From an uncultured Thermoactinomyces sp. (GTDB taxonomy: Bacteria; Bacillota; Bacilli; Thermoactinomycetales; Thermoactinomycetaceae), in NCBI GenBank assembly GCA_965544045.1, contig CBEULT010000007.1:1-64000 (forward strand): a stretch of DNA of 64,000 nucleotides, given 5' to 3'. Under the pieces are notes generated by a model that saw only the letters and a program-made list of their open reading frames with translations, was not told the DNA's origin and ran no database searches. Of this stretch, positions 44,068 to 57,055 are shown piece by piece (position 1 is the first letter of the stretch; each line of letters begins with the position of its first letter). Position numbers and translations under genes: made by a program.

Positions 44068-44922
44068 TCACGGTAACAGTCTGGAGACCAGATCCGCAAC
44101 AGCAGGGCTTTTAATCAGTTGCAAATGATTCAATTCCGAAAATGTTTTTACATGTTTGGCTCCGGAAAGGGTGGCTTCCCCTTCTGCGACAACCCCGTCA
44201 CTATCCTTTTGGTACTTCAGTGCAAACAGCGTCCATCCTGCAGCCAATTCCCCGTTCCAGCCCCGATCCCCCCAGCCATCCGCGTCTCCGGCAATGGTAT
44301 ACAACTTGCCATCCTTGTAAAACGGGCTTTCCTCCACAGGGAACTTCCGGTTAAACCGCACAACTGCCTGCGGTGTAATATCTTTTAAAGCTTCCTCCCC
44401 GTGAACGAACATTCCCAGCCATTTGTATTCATTTGCGAGTTGTGTGCCGTGATGCGGAGTGGCCAGTGTAACAATGTTGGCTACCTGCCCAGGGCGCAAA
44501 TAGGCCAGTTCGCGCGCAACAAGTCCGCCCATGCTGTGTGCTGCAATATGAAAAGGATTGCTTAATCCGTGGTTCTTTTGCAGAATAGAAATTTTTTGTG
44601 AAACCAGTTTTGCCTGTTCATGGGTGGAATCATTTCCTGCCTGATGGTTATTATCCCCAATCATCACGATCTGATTTTTGTGAAGGGGCATGGTCCATAC
44701 TTTTTTGGATGTATTGGTATAGATCACGTACACGTTCCCTGATCCCCAATGTTCAGCCAGACGGTATAAAAATTCAAATCCCCACTGGTGCCGGTTGTTA
44801 AATCCATGGATCAACACCAGGTCATATTTTTTCTGAGGTTGGATTGAGCTGGTATTTGGGGGCGGCAGCGTACCATATACAAACACCAACAACATGCTTA
44901 AAAATATTAGCCTCCTCTTCAT
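44068..44922 (-). CDS. Secreted alpha/beta-hydrolase (lipase/esterase, AHSMGG nucleophile elbow)
   Basis: Signal peptide MKRRLIFLSMLLVFVYG. …HGFNN… and …AHSMGG… motifs. Confidence 0.6.
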   Translation of the reverse strand: MKRRLIFLSMLLVFVYGTLPPPNTSSIQPQKKYDLVLIHGFNNRHQWGFEFLYRLAEHWGSGNVYVIYTNTSKKVWTMPLHKNQIVMIGDNNHQAGNDSTHEQAKLVSQKISILQKNHGLSNPFHIAAHSMGGLVARELAYLRPGQVANIVTLATPHHGTQLANEYKWLGMFVHGEEALKDITPQAVVRFNRKFPVEESPFYKDGKLYTIAGDADGWGDRGWNGELAAGWTLFALKYQKDSDGVVAEGEATLSGAKHVKTFSELNHLQLIKSPAVADLVSRLLP

Positions 44923-45008
44923 CTCTCCCTGCCTCTTTCTATCTATCTCTCTTGTAATAGGCATATTGATTTTGTCAAACAATAATCAGGAAACTGGAGA
45001 CAATTGAG

Positions 45009-46031
45009 GTGACACGTGTGAAAAATCATCCAGACCAAAAGTGGAAAGCCCATTTTCAAGATCCACTTTCACTTTATGGTTGGCTTAAAAATGAGGAGTT
45101 CGCCCGCAAATATTTGTTGCGAAAATACCGGCAGGCCGATTTTCAGGAACCTGAACGGTTTGCCTACAAAAATGTGCAGTCGTTTACAGCCTATATTCGT
45201 CAGGCCCTTTCACTTTTTCAATCAGCCCTTCTTTGCGAAAAGTGGAGTCAACCTCTTTTGCTCTACTATGGCATGATGAACTTTATCAAAGCCTGGATTC
45301 TGTCAAGAAATCCCTGTTATCCAAAAAACACAACAGTTTTGCGTCACGGACTTTCCACTCGAAAACGGAAAAAGGAGCAGTTTCGTTTTCATGATGATGA
45401 AATCCGCATTCAAAAAGAGGGATTGTTTCCTCTGTTGGCTGCGCATATGGGAGTTCCGGTCCAGGCAGGAGATACATGTTCTGTCAAGGAATTATTGGGT
45501 TTTTTGCCTGATTTGCAATCGGCTTACCAGCTGGTATTTGAAGAACACACTTTATTTCCTGTTCGCTGGATTCTTCCAACACTGTCGTCTCCATGTCTGA
45601 TTGTCAGTGAAAAAATTTTGGATGAATGCTATCTTACCTCTTCCGCATTTGTGGAAAAATTAAACCAACAGGTTAAGCAAACTCTTTTTTTTCTTGAAAA
45701 ACCGGCCATTCGGGAAGGAAACCTTTGTCTGGCCTGTGCCTTGCCCAACCCGGAACTAGTCAAGCATCCATGGTTGCTTGACAACAGAAAAGGCGATTAC
45801 TACCTTTACGCAGGTAATAATCGCCCTCAACCGCTACCGGAGGTAATGTGTCTCTTTATGCTATGTTTTTCCATGAGTATGCTTTGTAGATATGATCCTC
45901 CCTTGTGGGAAGAAATCATGTTGCAGCCTGTCCATAAAGAACAGATTATTTTAGAGCATCTCATTGATTTTATTGCCTGTCAGTTCCCGGATTCCATGGC
46001 TTCCCTGTTTCTCTTTTCCGGGGAAAAGTAG
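45009..46031 (+). CDS. yaaC: YaaC-family protein (function unknown, conserved gyrA-guaB neighbour)
   Basis: Size and position as in Bacillus. Family assignment by synteny and length. Confidence 0.5.
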   Translation: MTRVKNHPDQKWKAHFQDPLSLYGWLKNEEFARKYLLRKYRQADFQEPERFAYKNVQSFTAYIRQALSLFQSALLCEKWSQPLLLYYGMMNFIKAWILSRNPCYPKNTTVLRHGLSTRKRKKEQFRFHDDEIRIQKEGLFPLLAAHMGVPVQAGDTCSVKELLGFLPDLQSAYQLVFEEHTLFPVRWILPTLSSPCLIVSEKILDECYLTSSAFVEKLNQQVKQTLFFLEKPAIREGNLCLACALPNPELVKHPWLLDNRKGDYYLYAGNNRPQPLPEVMCLFMLCFSMSMLCRYDPPLWEEIMLQPVHKEQIILEHLIDFIACQFPDSMASLFLFSGEK

Positions 46032-46039
46032 CGATTAAT

Positions 46040-48487
46040 TTATTTATTCGTTTCTGTTTCTGTTTCTTCATCGACAGCACGGACAATGGCGACGGCAGAT
46101 ACTTCATCATCATCAACGCGAATCAGGCGAACCCCCTGTGCATACCTGCCCATCACGGAGATATCTGCCACATTGAGCCGAATGACGACGCCTGACCAGG
46201 TAACCAGCATCAGATCTTCCTGTTCAGATACCACTTTATGCGCGACTACTTCACCTTTTTTCTCGGTTAAACTGAGTGTTTTAATTCCTTTGCCTCCGCG
46301 CGATTGTATACGGTATTCTTCAAGCGGTGTCCGTTTGCCGTAACCGTTTTGGGTTACAATCATAACATGGTTTTCAGGGAGAACAATATCCATGTCAATG
46401 ACACGATCCCCGTCGCCCAGGGTAATTCCTTTTACTCCCGTTGCCGAGCGCCCCATCTCTCTTACGTCCATCTCATGGAAACGAATTGACATTCCATGTT
46501 GTGTGCCCATAATCACTTCCTGATCCCCGTCAGTCAGGCGGACACCAACCAAATCGTCGCCATCCCGCAAATTAATCGCGAACAAACCGTTGCGGCGGAT
46601 ATTTTCAAACTCGCTCAACGCAGTCTTTTTGACAACGCCATATGCTGTTGCAAAGAAGAGATACTGGTCAGGACGGAACTCTTGTACAGGAATAACGGCT
46701 TCAATCCGTTCATCCTGGTCAATTTGAACCAGGTTGATGATCGGAGTTCCTTTGGCTGTTCTGCCCAATTCCGGAACTTCATATGCTTTCAGACGATAAA
46801 CTTTCCCTTTGTTAGAGAAGAAAAGAAGCTGGCTATGCGAATTGGTGACAAACATGTGCTGCACCAAATCATTCTCGCGGGTTCCCATTCCGGTGATCCC
46901 TTTTCCGCCCCTTTTCTGCGCACGGTAAGTGGATAACGGCATCCGCTTGATATAGCCTCTTTGCGTAAGCAAGATGGACACTTCTTCATCCGGGATAAGA
47001 TCTTCGGCTTCAATGCTGTCTGCCTCGATCTTGATCATTGTGCGCCGGTCATCTCCGTATTTATCCCTGATATCCATGATTTCCCTGCGCAGAACCCCGC
47101 GGATTTTCGCTTCATCGGAAAGGATGTCCCGCAGTTTGGCGATCAATTTCTGCAACTCTTCATACTCGGCTTCAATCTTTTCGCGTTCCAATCCGGTCAG
47201 ACGATGCAGCCTCATGTCGAGAATTGCCTGTGCCTGCCGTTCGGAAAGCTTGAACCGCTCCATTAATCCTGTTCTTGCTTCCTGGGTGGTTTTGGAAGCC
47301 CGAATCAGGTTGATTACTTCATCAATATAATCCAGTGCTATCCGAAGACCTTCCAAAATGTGCGCGCGTTCCTCAGCTTTGTTCAGATCAAATTGCGTGC
47401 GGCGCCGGATAACCTCTATCTGATGTTCGATATAATGGTAAATTGCCTGTTGCAAATTCAGGACACGAGGTTGCTCATTAACCAGCGCCAGCATGTTTAC
47501 ACCAAAACTGGTTTGCAGGTTTGTGTGTTTATACAGGTTATTCAAGACAATACGCGGATTGACATCCCTGCGAAGCTCTATAACCACACGCATTCCTTTC
47601 CGGTCTGATTCATCGCGCAGATCAGTAATCCCGTCAACTTTTTTATCACGTACCAGATGGGCAATCTTTTCCACCAATTTGGATTTGTTGACTTGATATG
47701 GAAGTTCCTCAACAACAATGCGCATCTTTCCATTGCCGGCCTCTTCAATCCGTGTCTTTGCCCGAATATGAATACTCCCGCGACCTGTGCGAAACGCCTT
47801 GCGAATTCCTTCAACTCCCAGAATAATGCCGCCGGTCGGGAAGTCCGGCCCTTTCACAACCTTCATCAGTTCTTCAATCGTAACCTCCGGATTATCCAGC
47901 ATCATAAGGATACCATCAATCACTTCCCGCAAATTATGAGGCGGAATGTTTGTTGCCATCCCCACTGCAATTCCCGAGGCTCCGTTGACAAGCAAATTGG
48001 GAAAGCGGGCAGGAAGAACAACCGGTTCTTCCTGCTGACCATCGTAGTTAGGAATAAAATTAATCGTCTCTTTCTGAATGTCCCTCAGCAATTCCAGATT
48101 AATCGGTGCCATTCTTGCTTCTGTATAACGCATGGCGGCAGGAGGATCTCCGTCAACGGATCCAAAGTTTCCATGGCCATCCACCAATGGATAGCGATAA
48201 GAAAAGTCCTGCGCCATCCGGACCATAGCTTCGTAAACAGCCACATCCCCGTGAGGATGGTAATTGGCGCAAACATTACCGACTAAACGCGACGACTTTT
48301 TATAAGGTTTGTCAGGGGTCATCCCCAACTCATACAAGGTATATAAAATACGGCGATGAACCGGTTTTAAGCCATCTCGGACGTCTGGCAATGCCCGGCT
48401 GACAATGACGCTCATCGCATAGTCCAAAAAGGAGGACTTCATTTCCTTACTGATATTTACTTCCTGAATACGCTGAATCTCTGCCAT
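46040..48487 (-). CDS. gyrA: DNA gyrase subunit A
   Basis: 815 aa. …[26 protein letters not shown]… active-site Tyr region. Confidence 0.95.
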   Translation of the reverse strand: MAEIQRIQEVNISKEMKSSFLDYAMSVIVSRALPDVRDGLKPVHRRILYTLYELGMTPDKPYKKSSRLVGNVCANYHPHGDVAVYEAMVRMAQDFSYRYPLVDGHGNFGSVDGDPPAAMRYTEARMAPINLELLRDIQKETINFIPNYDGQQEEPVVLPARFPNLLVNGASGIAVGMATNIPPHNLREVIDGILMMLDNPEVTIEELMKVVKGPDFPTGGIILGVEGIRKAFRTGRGSIHIRAKTRIEEAGNGKMRIVVEELPYQVNKSKLVEKIAHLVRDKKVDGITDLRDESDRKGMRVVIELRRDVNPRIVLNNLYKHTNLQTSFGVNMLALVNEQPRVLNLQQAIYHYIEHQIEVIRRRTQFDLNKAEERAHILEGLRIALDYIDEVINLIRASKTTQEARTGLMERFKLSERQAQAILDMRLHRLTGLEREKIEAEYEELQKLIAKLRDILSDEAKIRGVLRREIMDIRDKYGDDRRTMIKIEADSIEAEDLIPDEEVSILLTQRGYIKRMPLSTYRAQKRGGKGITGMGTRENDLVQHMFVTNSHSQLLFFSNKGKVYRLKAYEVPELGRTAKGTPIINLVQIDQDERIEAVIPVQEFRPDQYLFFATAYGVVKKTALSEFENIRRNGLFAINLRDGDDLVGVRLTDGDQEVIMGTQHGMSIRFHEMDVREMGRSATGVKGITLGDGDRVIDMDIVLPENHVMIVTQNGYGKRTPLEEYRIQSRGGKGIKTLSLTEKKGEVVAHKVVSEQEDLMLVTWSGVVIRLNVADISVMGRYAQGVRLIRVDDDEVSAVAIVRAVDEETETETNK

Positions 48488-48529
48488 TGTTTCATCTCCC
48501 GTTCTACACTCGCCTGACCGCTTTTTCGC

Positions 48530-50449
<1,920 letters not shown>

Positions 50450-50482
50450 TCACCTGCTTCCTTCTACCAAAACTGATGAACT

Positions 50483-50728
50483 TTACTTCCATATTTTTTG
50501 ACTATGATCCGCCCTTTTTTTCAGCGTTGTTGAAGAAATAGGCGAAGCATAAACATGATTTGGGGTAACAACATATGACTTGATTTGATCTGGAGATATG
50601 TGCTCTGTCCCGTTCCATTTTTGCAGGTTAATCATTGAATTGGCCGCATTTTTTGCTACATCGGCATCCAAAATTGCAATTACTTCCCGAATACGAATCA
50701 TTCGACTGCCACCCAGATGGATAAACAC
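50483..50728 (-). CDS. remB: DUF370/RemB (YaaB)-family small protein
   Basis: 81 aa, between recF and gyrB as in Bacillus. Confidence 0.55.
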   Translation of the reverse strand: MFIHLGGSRMIRIREVIAILDADVAKNAANSMINLQKWNGTEHISPDQIKSYVVTPNHVYASPISSTTLKKRADHSQKIWK

Positions 50729-50732
50729 TCGA

Positions 50733-51851
50733 TCACCCCGATTCCATGATATGTCCTTGCCTTACCTGGTAAATCTTCGTTCGCGATAATATATCTGAAT
50801 CAATCCCGTCCAAACTGGTTGTCGTAATGAAAGTTTGCACACGTCCCCGAATCGCTTCCAGCAAGTGTGCCTTGCGCGCATCGTCCAATTCAGACAACAC
50901 ATCGTCTAATAATAAAATGGGATAATAACCAATCTCCTGGTAAATCAATTCGATTTCAGCAAGTTTTAACGACAGGGCAGCAGTACGCTGCTGACCCTGG
51001 GAACCATAAAGGTGCAAATCGATATCCCCGACAAATAACCGGAGATCATCACGTTGCGGGCCAATGGTCGTACTGCCGCGCATAAGCTCCTTTTGCCGGT
51101 TTTTTTTCAGTTCCGACTTCAGAACAGCCGCCCATCCGTCAGGTCCGGCATCTTCCGGCAAAGGAACAGAAGGAAGATATTTAATAACCAGCTTTTCCTT
51201 TTGCCGTGTAATGGTCTGATGAATTTCCTGTGCCCATTTTGACAGCGAGTCCAGGAATCGATATCTTTTCTCCAGCAGTGCGACAGATAAGGTCACGAAT
51301 TGTTCATCCAGTATATCCAGAAAAGGAAAATCCCCCTCCTTTGTTTGTGCAAGCTGCTTTAACAAGCTGTTCCTCTGAGGCAACAACTTGTTTAATTGCG
51401 ACAGATTATGCACATATCGGGGGCTTACCTGGCCAATCTCCATGTCCAAAAAACGCCGACGGACCTGCGGACTCCCTTTAACCAGGGAAAGGTCCTCCGG
51501 CGCAAAGAGGACAGCAGGCAGCGAGCCGATATATTGACTCAATCTCTTTTTTTCAATCCCGTTACGGCTCACTTTTTTTCCTTTTTCCGATAAACTGATT
51601 TCCAGACGTTGGATCTCTTCTCCTTTTTTTACTCGTGCTTTAATCAGTGATCGCTTTTGGCCAAAACGGACAAGTTCTTTATGAGAACGCGTACGGTGCG
51701 ATTTACCGAGTGCAAGGACATACAAGGACTCGAGAATGTTTGTTTTTCCCTGGGCATTGGGACCAACAAAAAAATGAAGCTCCTCCGGACATTGAAGGTA
51801 AAGTTCACTGATATTCCGATAGTGCTTCAATTCCAGCGTTTGCACACGCAA
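50733..51851 (-). CDS. recF: DNA replication and repair protein RecF
   Basis: Walker A GPNAQGKTN. C-terminal signature/Walker B …LLLDDVLSELD…. Confidence 0.9.
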   Translation of the reverse strand: MRVQTLELKHYRNISELYLQCPEELHFFVGPNAQGKTNILESLYVLALGKSHRTRSHKELVRFGQKRSLIKARVKKGEEIQRLEISLSEKGKKVSRNGIEKKRLSQYIGSLPAVLFAPEDLSLVKGSPQVRRRFLDMEIGQVSPRYVHNLSQLNKLLPQRNSLLKQLAQTKEGDFPFLDILDEQFVTLSVALLEKRYRFLDSLSKWAQEIHQTITRQKEKLVIKYLPSVPLPEDAGPDGWAAVLKSELKKNRQKELMRGSTTIGPQRDDLRLFVGDIDLHLYGSQGQQRTAALSLKLAEIELIYQEIGYYPILLLDDVLSELDDARKAHLLEAIRGRVQTFITTTSLDGIDSDILSRTKIYQVRQGHIMESG

Positions 51852-51865
51852 AATGAGATCCTCCC

Positions 51866-52081
51866 TTACTCGCTGACTACCATCACAATCCCGAGCCCGG
51901 AAATTTCCACCTGATCCTGAGGATAGATCTTTCTTCCTCGCCTTGTCTCCAGTTCACCATTGACTTTAATCTCTTCTTCCTGCAAAAGGAATTTGGCCTG
52001 TCCGCCGCTTGAAATCACATTCAGAAGTTTCAGGAGCTGTCCCAAAGTAATGTATGGTTTATCAATTTTTATCAATTTCAA
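51866..52081 (-). CDS. yaaA: S4-domain RNA-binding protein YaaA
   Basis: 71 aa S4-like domain. Position between dnaN and recF. Confidence 0.7.
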   Translation of the reverse strand: MKLIKIDKPYITLGQLLKLLNVISSGGQAKFLLQEEEIKVNGELETRRGRKIYPQDQVEISGLGIVMVVSE

Positions 52082-52111
52082 TAATAAAGCCTCCCTGGTG
52101 CGAGAGTTCTT

Positions 52112-53245
52112 CTAGCGGGTGCGAATCGGAACAATCAGATGGAGTGAATCTTCCCGATCAGTTGGCTGGATCAAAAACGGTGTCATCGCTCCAGTGAATT
52201 GAATACGTATTTCGTCACTTTCGATGGAGCGCAGAGCTTCCATCATATAGCGGGCATTGAAAGAAATACTCAGTTCAGGGCCATTCACCTTTGCATCAAC
52301 CTCTTCAGACACACTTCCGATATCCTGGGCTTTGGAGTTTACCTCCAGTTTTCCGTCTCTTAAGGTCCATTTTATCACATTATCCCGACCATCCCGGCTA
52401 ATTAAAGATGCTCGATCAACAGATTGTAACAATTCTTTGGTAGAAGAAACAAGTTCTGTATCCCCTTGTTTGGGAATAACCCGGTTTGTATCCGGATATG
52501 TGCCTTCTAACAAGCGTGAATAAAATGACAGTTCTTCCGTTTTGACAAGGATCTGGTTTTCTGCAACCAGGATATCCACATATCCAGAGTAGTCACCCAA
52601 TGTTTTGGCCAGTTCTGACAGACTTTTCCCCGGAACAATCACATTCTTGAGAGTGATTTCTTCAGAACCTTCCACCTGGGCATGCTGTCTGGACAAACGG
52701 TGACTGTCTGTCGCGACACAGACAAGTTCGCCTGCCTCCAATTGTATCATAACACCAGTCAATACCCCGCGGGCTTCATTGGTTGCTACCGCAAATCCTG
52801 TTTGCCGGATGAGCGATTTCAGGATATCTGCTGATATGCTAAACATTTTATCTGTGGACAAGTGAGGCAAACGGGGAAATTCAACAGGATCCAGCCCATT
52901 CAGCTGAAATTGGGCTGTTTCTGAACGGATTGTTGTTTGGAATTTTTCACTGACAACCCATTCCACTTCTTTTCCAGGCAATTTCCGGACCAGATCTCCG
53001 ACAATTCGCCCAGGAAGTACCACACTACCCATTTTTTCCATAAATACTTGTTCCAAGTCGTCTTTTCTGGCAGGAACATGCACTTGAATGGAAATATCGG
53101 AATTACTTCCTGTAAGTGTTAATCCTTCTTCATCCACAGCTATTTTGATTCCTGTAAGTATGGGAATAGTGGTCTTGGAAGAAACAGCTTTGGAAACTTG
53201 TGACACTGCATCAACCAAGGCTGATTTTGTTACGCGAAACTTCAT
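52112..53245 (-). CDS. dnaN: DNA polymerase III beta sliding clamp
   Basis: 377 aa, three-domain beta clamp. Confidence 0.9.
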   Translation of the reverse strand: MKFRVTKSALVDAVSQVSKAVSSKTTIPILTGIKIAVDEEGLTLTGSNSDISIQVHVPARKDDLEQVFMEKMGSVVLPGRIVGDLVRKLPGKEVEWVVSEKFQTTIRSETAQFQLNGLDPVEFPRLPHLSTDKMFSISADILKSLIRQTGFAVATNEARGVLTGVMIQLEAGELVCVATDSHRLSRQHAQVEGSEEITLKNVIVPGKSLSELAKTLGDYSGYVDILVAENQILVKTEELSFYSRLLEGTYPDTNRVIPKQGDTELVSSTKELLQSVDRASLISRDGRDNVIKWTLRDGKLEVNSKAQDIGSVSEEVDAKVNGPELSISFNARYMMEALRSIESDEIRIQFTGAMTPFLIQPTDREDSLHLIVPIRTR

Positions 53246-53471
53246 ATCGATCCTCCTTGTTTAATGAAACTCCTTTTTGGAAAAACTGGATACAGGGAAG
53301 AATAAACCGGAGTCATGATACATATATATTTTTTATAAATGCAGTAGTAATAATAGTAGGGCCTGTGGATAATGTGGATAAGCCTTGCCAGGCAAGGTGT
53401 GGCACCTTTTTGCACCTGTGGAAAACATGTGCATATGCGTGTAACGATTATCCACACTATTCACAGAGGCA
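53246..53471. promoter_or_regulatory. oriC downstream module: AT-rich DNA-unwinding element (~53318-53360) plus DnaA boxes (TGTGGATAATGTGGATAAG 53363-53381, TGTGGAAAA, TTATCCACA)
   Basis: Read directly between dnaA and dnaN. Confidence 0.7.
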
Positions 53472-54821
53472 TCATTCGTATTGGATTCGTTTCTTTAACT
53501 GATTGACGACATTTTCCAATTGATGATCTTCTTTAAGAAGCCGGCTGATTTTTTCATGGGCGTGAATCACGGTTGTATGGTCACGTCCACCAAAGTCTTC
53601 CCCGATTTTGGGCAATGAAAACTCCGTCAGTTCCCGGCACAGATACATGGCAATCTGTCTTGGAAAAGCTACCGACTTGGTTCGCTTTTTACTTTTAAAA
53701 TCCTCTATGCGAAGTTGATAATAGTTGCATACTGTTTGTTGAATATCTTGAATGCTTATCCTTTTTGGCTTTGAATCCGGCATGATATCTTTCAGTGCTT
53801 CAAGAGCCAGTTCCGTGGAGACAGGTTGTTTGAGAAGGGCTGAATAAGCAACAACCCGGATCAGCGCACCTTCCAGTTCACGGATGTTTGTATCAACACG
53901 GTTGGCTATGTAGATCAGCACTTCATTTGGAACCTCTAAATTATCAGCTATCGCTTTCTTCCGCAAGATTGCGATTCTCGTCTCCAGGTCCGGAGGTTGC
54001 ACATCAGTAATCAGCCCCCATTCAAACCGGGAACGAAGCCGATCCTCCAGAGTGGGAATTTCCTTGGGAGGTCGGTCACTGGAAATGATGATTTGTTTGT
54101 TTGCTTCATGCAAGGCATTAAAGGTATGGAAAAATTCTTCCTGTGTCTGTTCTTTTCCCGCCAGAAACTGAATATCATCAATTAACAGGATATCCACAGA
54201 CCGGTATTTGTTCCGGAACTGGATCGTTTTGTTGTCACGGATTGAATTGATAAAATCATTGGTAAACTTCTCGGAGGAAATATAGACAACCTTGCTTGAA
54301 GCGGAATGCTTCAGGACATAATGCCCGATAGCATGCATCAAGTGGGTTTTTCCCAATCCTACTCCCCCATAGATAAATAAAGGGTTGTATGCCTTGGCAG
54401 GTGCTTCAGCCACTGCAAGAGAGGCCGCATGGGCAAACCGGTTTCCGGAGCCGATTACAAATGTATCAAAAGTATAGCGCGGATTCAGCTGGGCCCCCTG
54501 GTCTTTTTCAGTTTCCTGGACAGTATCTGCTTTTTTTTCAGGCTCCGCCTCCGGTTCAGTTGCGTTTTTTTCTGTATGGCTGACAAATTTTACCCCTAGT
54601 TTGGCTCCCCCTGTCACTTCTTTCAAAGTATCGCGAACCAGATCGGCGTAGCGCGATTCCAGCCAGTCCCGGGCAAAATCATTGGGAGCGCAGACGATCA
54701 GGATATCATCTTCCAGATCGATGGCTTCTGTTGCCTTTAACCATGTTTCAAAACTGGGCTTGCTTATTCTTTTCTGAATAGCTTTCAAGGCTTTGGACCA
54801 TAATTCTTGGATGTGAATCAC
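53472..54821 (-). CDS. dnaA: Chromosomal replication initiator DnaA
   Basis: Start GTG (…[11 protein letters not shown]…) with AAGGAAGGGGG RBS. AAA+ Walker [12 protein letters not shown]-terminal DnaA-box-binding domain. About 449 aa. Confidence 0.9.
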   Translation of the reverse strand: MIHIQELWSKALKAIQKRISKPSFETWLKATEAIDLEDDILIVCAPNDFARDWLESRYADLVRDTLKEVTGGAKLGVKFVSHTEKNATEPEAEPEKKADTVQETEKDQGAQLNPRYTFDTFVIGSGNRFAHAASLAVAEAPAKAYNPLFIYGGVGLGKTHLMHAIGHYVLKHSASSKVVYISSEKFTNDFINSIRDNKTIQFRNKYRSVDILLIDDIQFLAGKEQTQEEFFHTFNALHEANKQIIISSDRPPKEIPTLEDRLRSRFEWGLITDVQPPDLETRIAILRKKAIADNLEVPNEVLIYIANRVDTNIRELEGALIRVVAYSALLKQPVSTELALEALKDIMPDSKPKRISIQDIQQTVCNYYQLRIEDFKSKKRTKSVAFPRQIAMYLCRELTEFSLPKIGEDFGGRDHTTVIHAHEKISRLLKEDHQLENVVNQLKKRIQYE

Positions 54822-55391
54822 CCGAAGAACCCCCTTCCTTACAATGTTATGAACAAACTTATCCACAGGAAAAACTTCATAATTACCAAGGTTGGACTTA
54901 TTTATCAACAATATCCACAAGCTGTGGAAAACAATATCCACAGCTTGTGTTTTAATCATTCTGCAGATATCCACAGGTGTGGATATCTGCAGAATGAATA
55001 CTGTATTTATCCACAAGAAAACAAGAATAGGATATCAAAATAACCATGTGTTTACAATGGAAAATAGTAAGTTATCCACAATTTGTCACGTTAGAAACAT
55101 TTTTTTTCCACAGCTGTGTATGTTGTGGATAACTCGTGGATAAGTTTTGGATAGGAAGTGGATAACGAGAAAAATATCCACATGTGGATAAACATTCTGC
55201 TGCGGTTCCTTTTCTTGACATGCATTGTAAGTCGCCGCTATAATGATAGAGATTGTCCACGGTTTCATTACTGGACTTGAATGAAAGAAGGGAGGTATCC
55301 TGGTGCTGTTCACTGTCTTTTGGCAACTGTTGGGATTCATGGGCGGATCGGTTGTCAAAACGGGAACATAAGGCTGACCAGGTGACTTTAA
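54822..55391. promoter_or_regulatory. oriC upstream module / dnaA-rpmH promoter region with at least 10 DnaA boxes including palindromic pairs (GATATCCACAGGTGTGGATATC; ATATCCACATGTGGATAAA)
   Basis: TTATCCACA/TGTGGATAA matches at ~54859, 54911, 54935, 54967-54988, 55007, 55071, 55124, 55135, 55158 and 55175-55193. Confidence 0.75.
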
Positions 55392-55526
55392 ATGAAACGC
55401 ACATTTCAACCAAGTAACCGGAGACGCAAAAATGTCCATGGTTTTCGTGCACGCATGAGCACAAAAAATGGCCGCAAGGTAATTGCAAGGCGTAGAAAAA
55501 GAGGAAGAAAAGTTTTATCTGCTTAA
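55392..55526 (+). CDS. rpmH: 50S ribosomal protein L34
   Basis: [51 protein letters not shown]…TGTGGCC + T6 terminator at 55531-55556. Confidence 0.9.
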   Translation: MKRTFQPSNRRRKNVHGFRARMSTKNGRKVIARRRKRGRKVLSA

Positions 55527-55650
55527 ATTCCGGCCACAAACTGTGGCCTTTTTTCCTATTTTAAACAGCATTTTGGCTGGTTTATCCTTGTCCTTTTTGT
55601 ACTATAATGTAAAATGAAAATGTGTATTTTGGTAAGGAAGGAGTCTTTCT

Positions 55651-56010
55651 TTGCAACGGGAATACCGTTTGAAGAGGCGGAATGATTTCCGGAGGGTTTT
55701 TCAGGCCGGACAATCGTTTGCAAATCGGCAGTTTGTGGTTATTGCACATGAACGTTCTTCATCCGGGCCGCCTCGGATTGGAATATCAGTGAGTAAAAAA
55801 GTAGGGAATGCTGTTGTGCGCAATCGATACAAGCGCCTGATCAAGGAAATTACCCGGCATTGGATTTCCTGCCTGCGTCCGGGGACTGATTATGTGATCA
55901 TTGCTCGCCCTTCGGTTGTGCAAATGAATTATAAACAGGTAAAGTCGAGTCTGTTTCATGTGTTCCGTAAAGGAAAGTGCTTTGTGTCCAAGCCTTCGTA
56001 TTCATGTTGA
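55651..56010 (+). CDS. rnpA: RNase P protein component
   Basis: …RLKRRNDFRRVF…ISVSKKVGNAVVRNRYKRLI… RnpA signature. TTG start with GGAAGGAG RBS. Confidence 0.85.
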   Translation: MQREYRLKRRNDFRRVFQAGQSFANRQFVVIAHERSSSGPPRIGISVSKKVGNAVVRNRYKRLIKEITRHWISCLRPGTDYVIIARPSVVQMNYKQVKSSLFHVFRKGKCFVSKPSYSC

Positions 56011-56028
56011 AATGAGGGAGGGAACAAG

Positions 56029-56259
56029 ATGAAGTGGATCGCAATAGGACTCATCAAATTTTATCGATATGTCATATCACCTCTTAAACCGCCAACCTGC
56101 CGTTTTGTTCCTACCTGTTCTGCGTATGCCCTGACTGCTTTTCGCAGGCACGGCTTTCTGCTGGGGGGATGGTATACGCTGATCAGGCTGTTCAAGTGCC
56201 ATCCATTTCATCCTGGCGGTTTTGACTATGTACCGGAAAAAAAGAAGCCTCAAAAATAG
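56029..56259 (+). CDS. yidD: Membrane protein insertion efficiency factor YidD
   Basis: …[23 protein letters not shown]… DUF37. Confidence 0.8.
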   Translation: MKWIAIGLIKFYRYVISPLKPPTCRFVPTCSAYALTAFRRHGFLLGGWYTLIRLFKCHPFHPGGFDYVPEKKKPQK

Positions 56260-56299
56260 ATGCAAAAAAGACTCAAGATAAGAATGAGGAGGAGTTCCC

Positions 56300-57055
56300 T
56301 TGCGAAAACGGCAACGCCGGATTGCTATATTCTTTTTATTAATTATGGCTGTCTCAATGCTATCAGGATGTGCCCCCAATCCGGACCAATACAATATTGA
56401 CTTTGAAGATCCCAATATATTTCAAAAGATTTTAGTCATTCCAATGGTTAACCTGCTTGACTGGTTTAAAGACGTCTTGGGAAATTACGGCTGGTCGATT
56501 TTGGTGTTGACCTTTATAATTCGGCTGATTGTTTTACCTCTCACCATGAAACAGCAAAGAAGCACGAAACGGATGCAGGAAATTCAGCCTGAAATGATGA
56601 AGATACGCAAAAAATATGAGAAGAACCCGGAAAAGATGCAACAAGAAACCATGAAGCTGTTTCAGAAGCATAATATTAATCCAATGGCAGGATGCTTTCC
56701 GCTTCTGATTCAGATTCCAATCCTGTTTGCCTTTTTCCAGGCAATCATGGGAAATCAACATATTGCCAAATCCAGCTTCCTGTACATGCAACTGGGAAGT
56801 CCTGATCCATACTTTATTTTGCCGGTTCTGGCCGGGGTTACCACGTATCTCCAGTTGGTTGTAACCGGTGCGCAAAGCAATCCGCAGATGAAAGTGATGT
56901 TATGGGTCATGCCGGTTATGATCTTTTTCCTTGCTTATCAGTTCCCGTCAGCCCTTTCGTTGTATTGGGTATTCGGAAATATCTTTTCTATCGGTCAATC
57001 GTTTTTTTTTTCAAAGCAAGATAAAAACAAAGTGATAGAGGGTGCGACTCGTTGA
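56300..57055 (+). CDS. yidC: Membrane protein insertase YidC/SpoIIIJ (lipoprotein)
   Basis: Lipobox LSGC, 5 TM, YidC/Oxa1 60-kDa IMP core. Confidence 0.85.
   Translation: MRKRQRRIAIFFLLIMAVSMLSGCAPNPDQYNIDFEDPNIFQKILVIPMVNLLDWFKDVLGNYGWSILVLTFIIRLIVLPLTMKQQRSTKRMQEIQPEMMKIRKKYEKNPEKMQQETMKLFQKHNINPMAGCFPLLIQIPILFAFFQAIMGNQHIAKSSFLYMQLGSPDPYFILPVLAGVTTYLQLVVTGAQSNPQMKVMLWVMPVMIFFLAYQFPSALSLYWVFGNIFSIGQSFFFSKQDKNKVIEGATR

Noticed and set aside
46086-48286. Multiple plus-strand ORFs (up to 209 aa) antisense to gyrA
   Set aside because: Antisense artefacts within a highly conserved essential gene.
54822-55016. 65-codon N-terminal extension of the dnaA ORF (MWINTVFIL…)
   Set aside because: It runs through the DnaA-box array. 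The true start is the GTG at 54821, which has a strong RBS and aligns with the Bacillus DnaA N-terminus.
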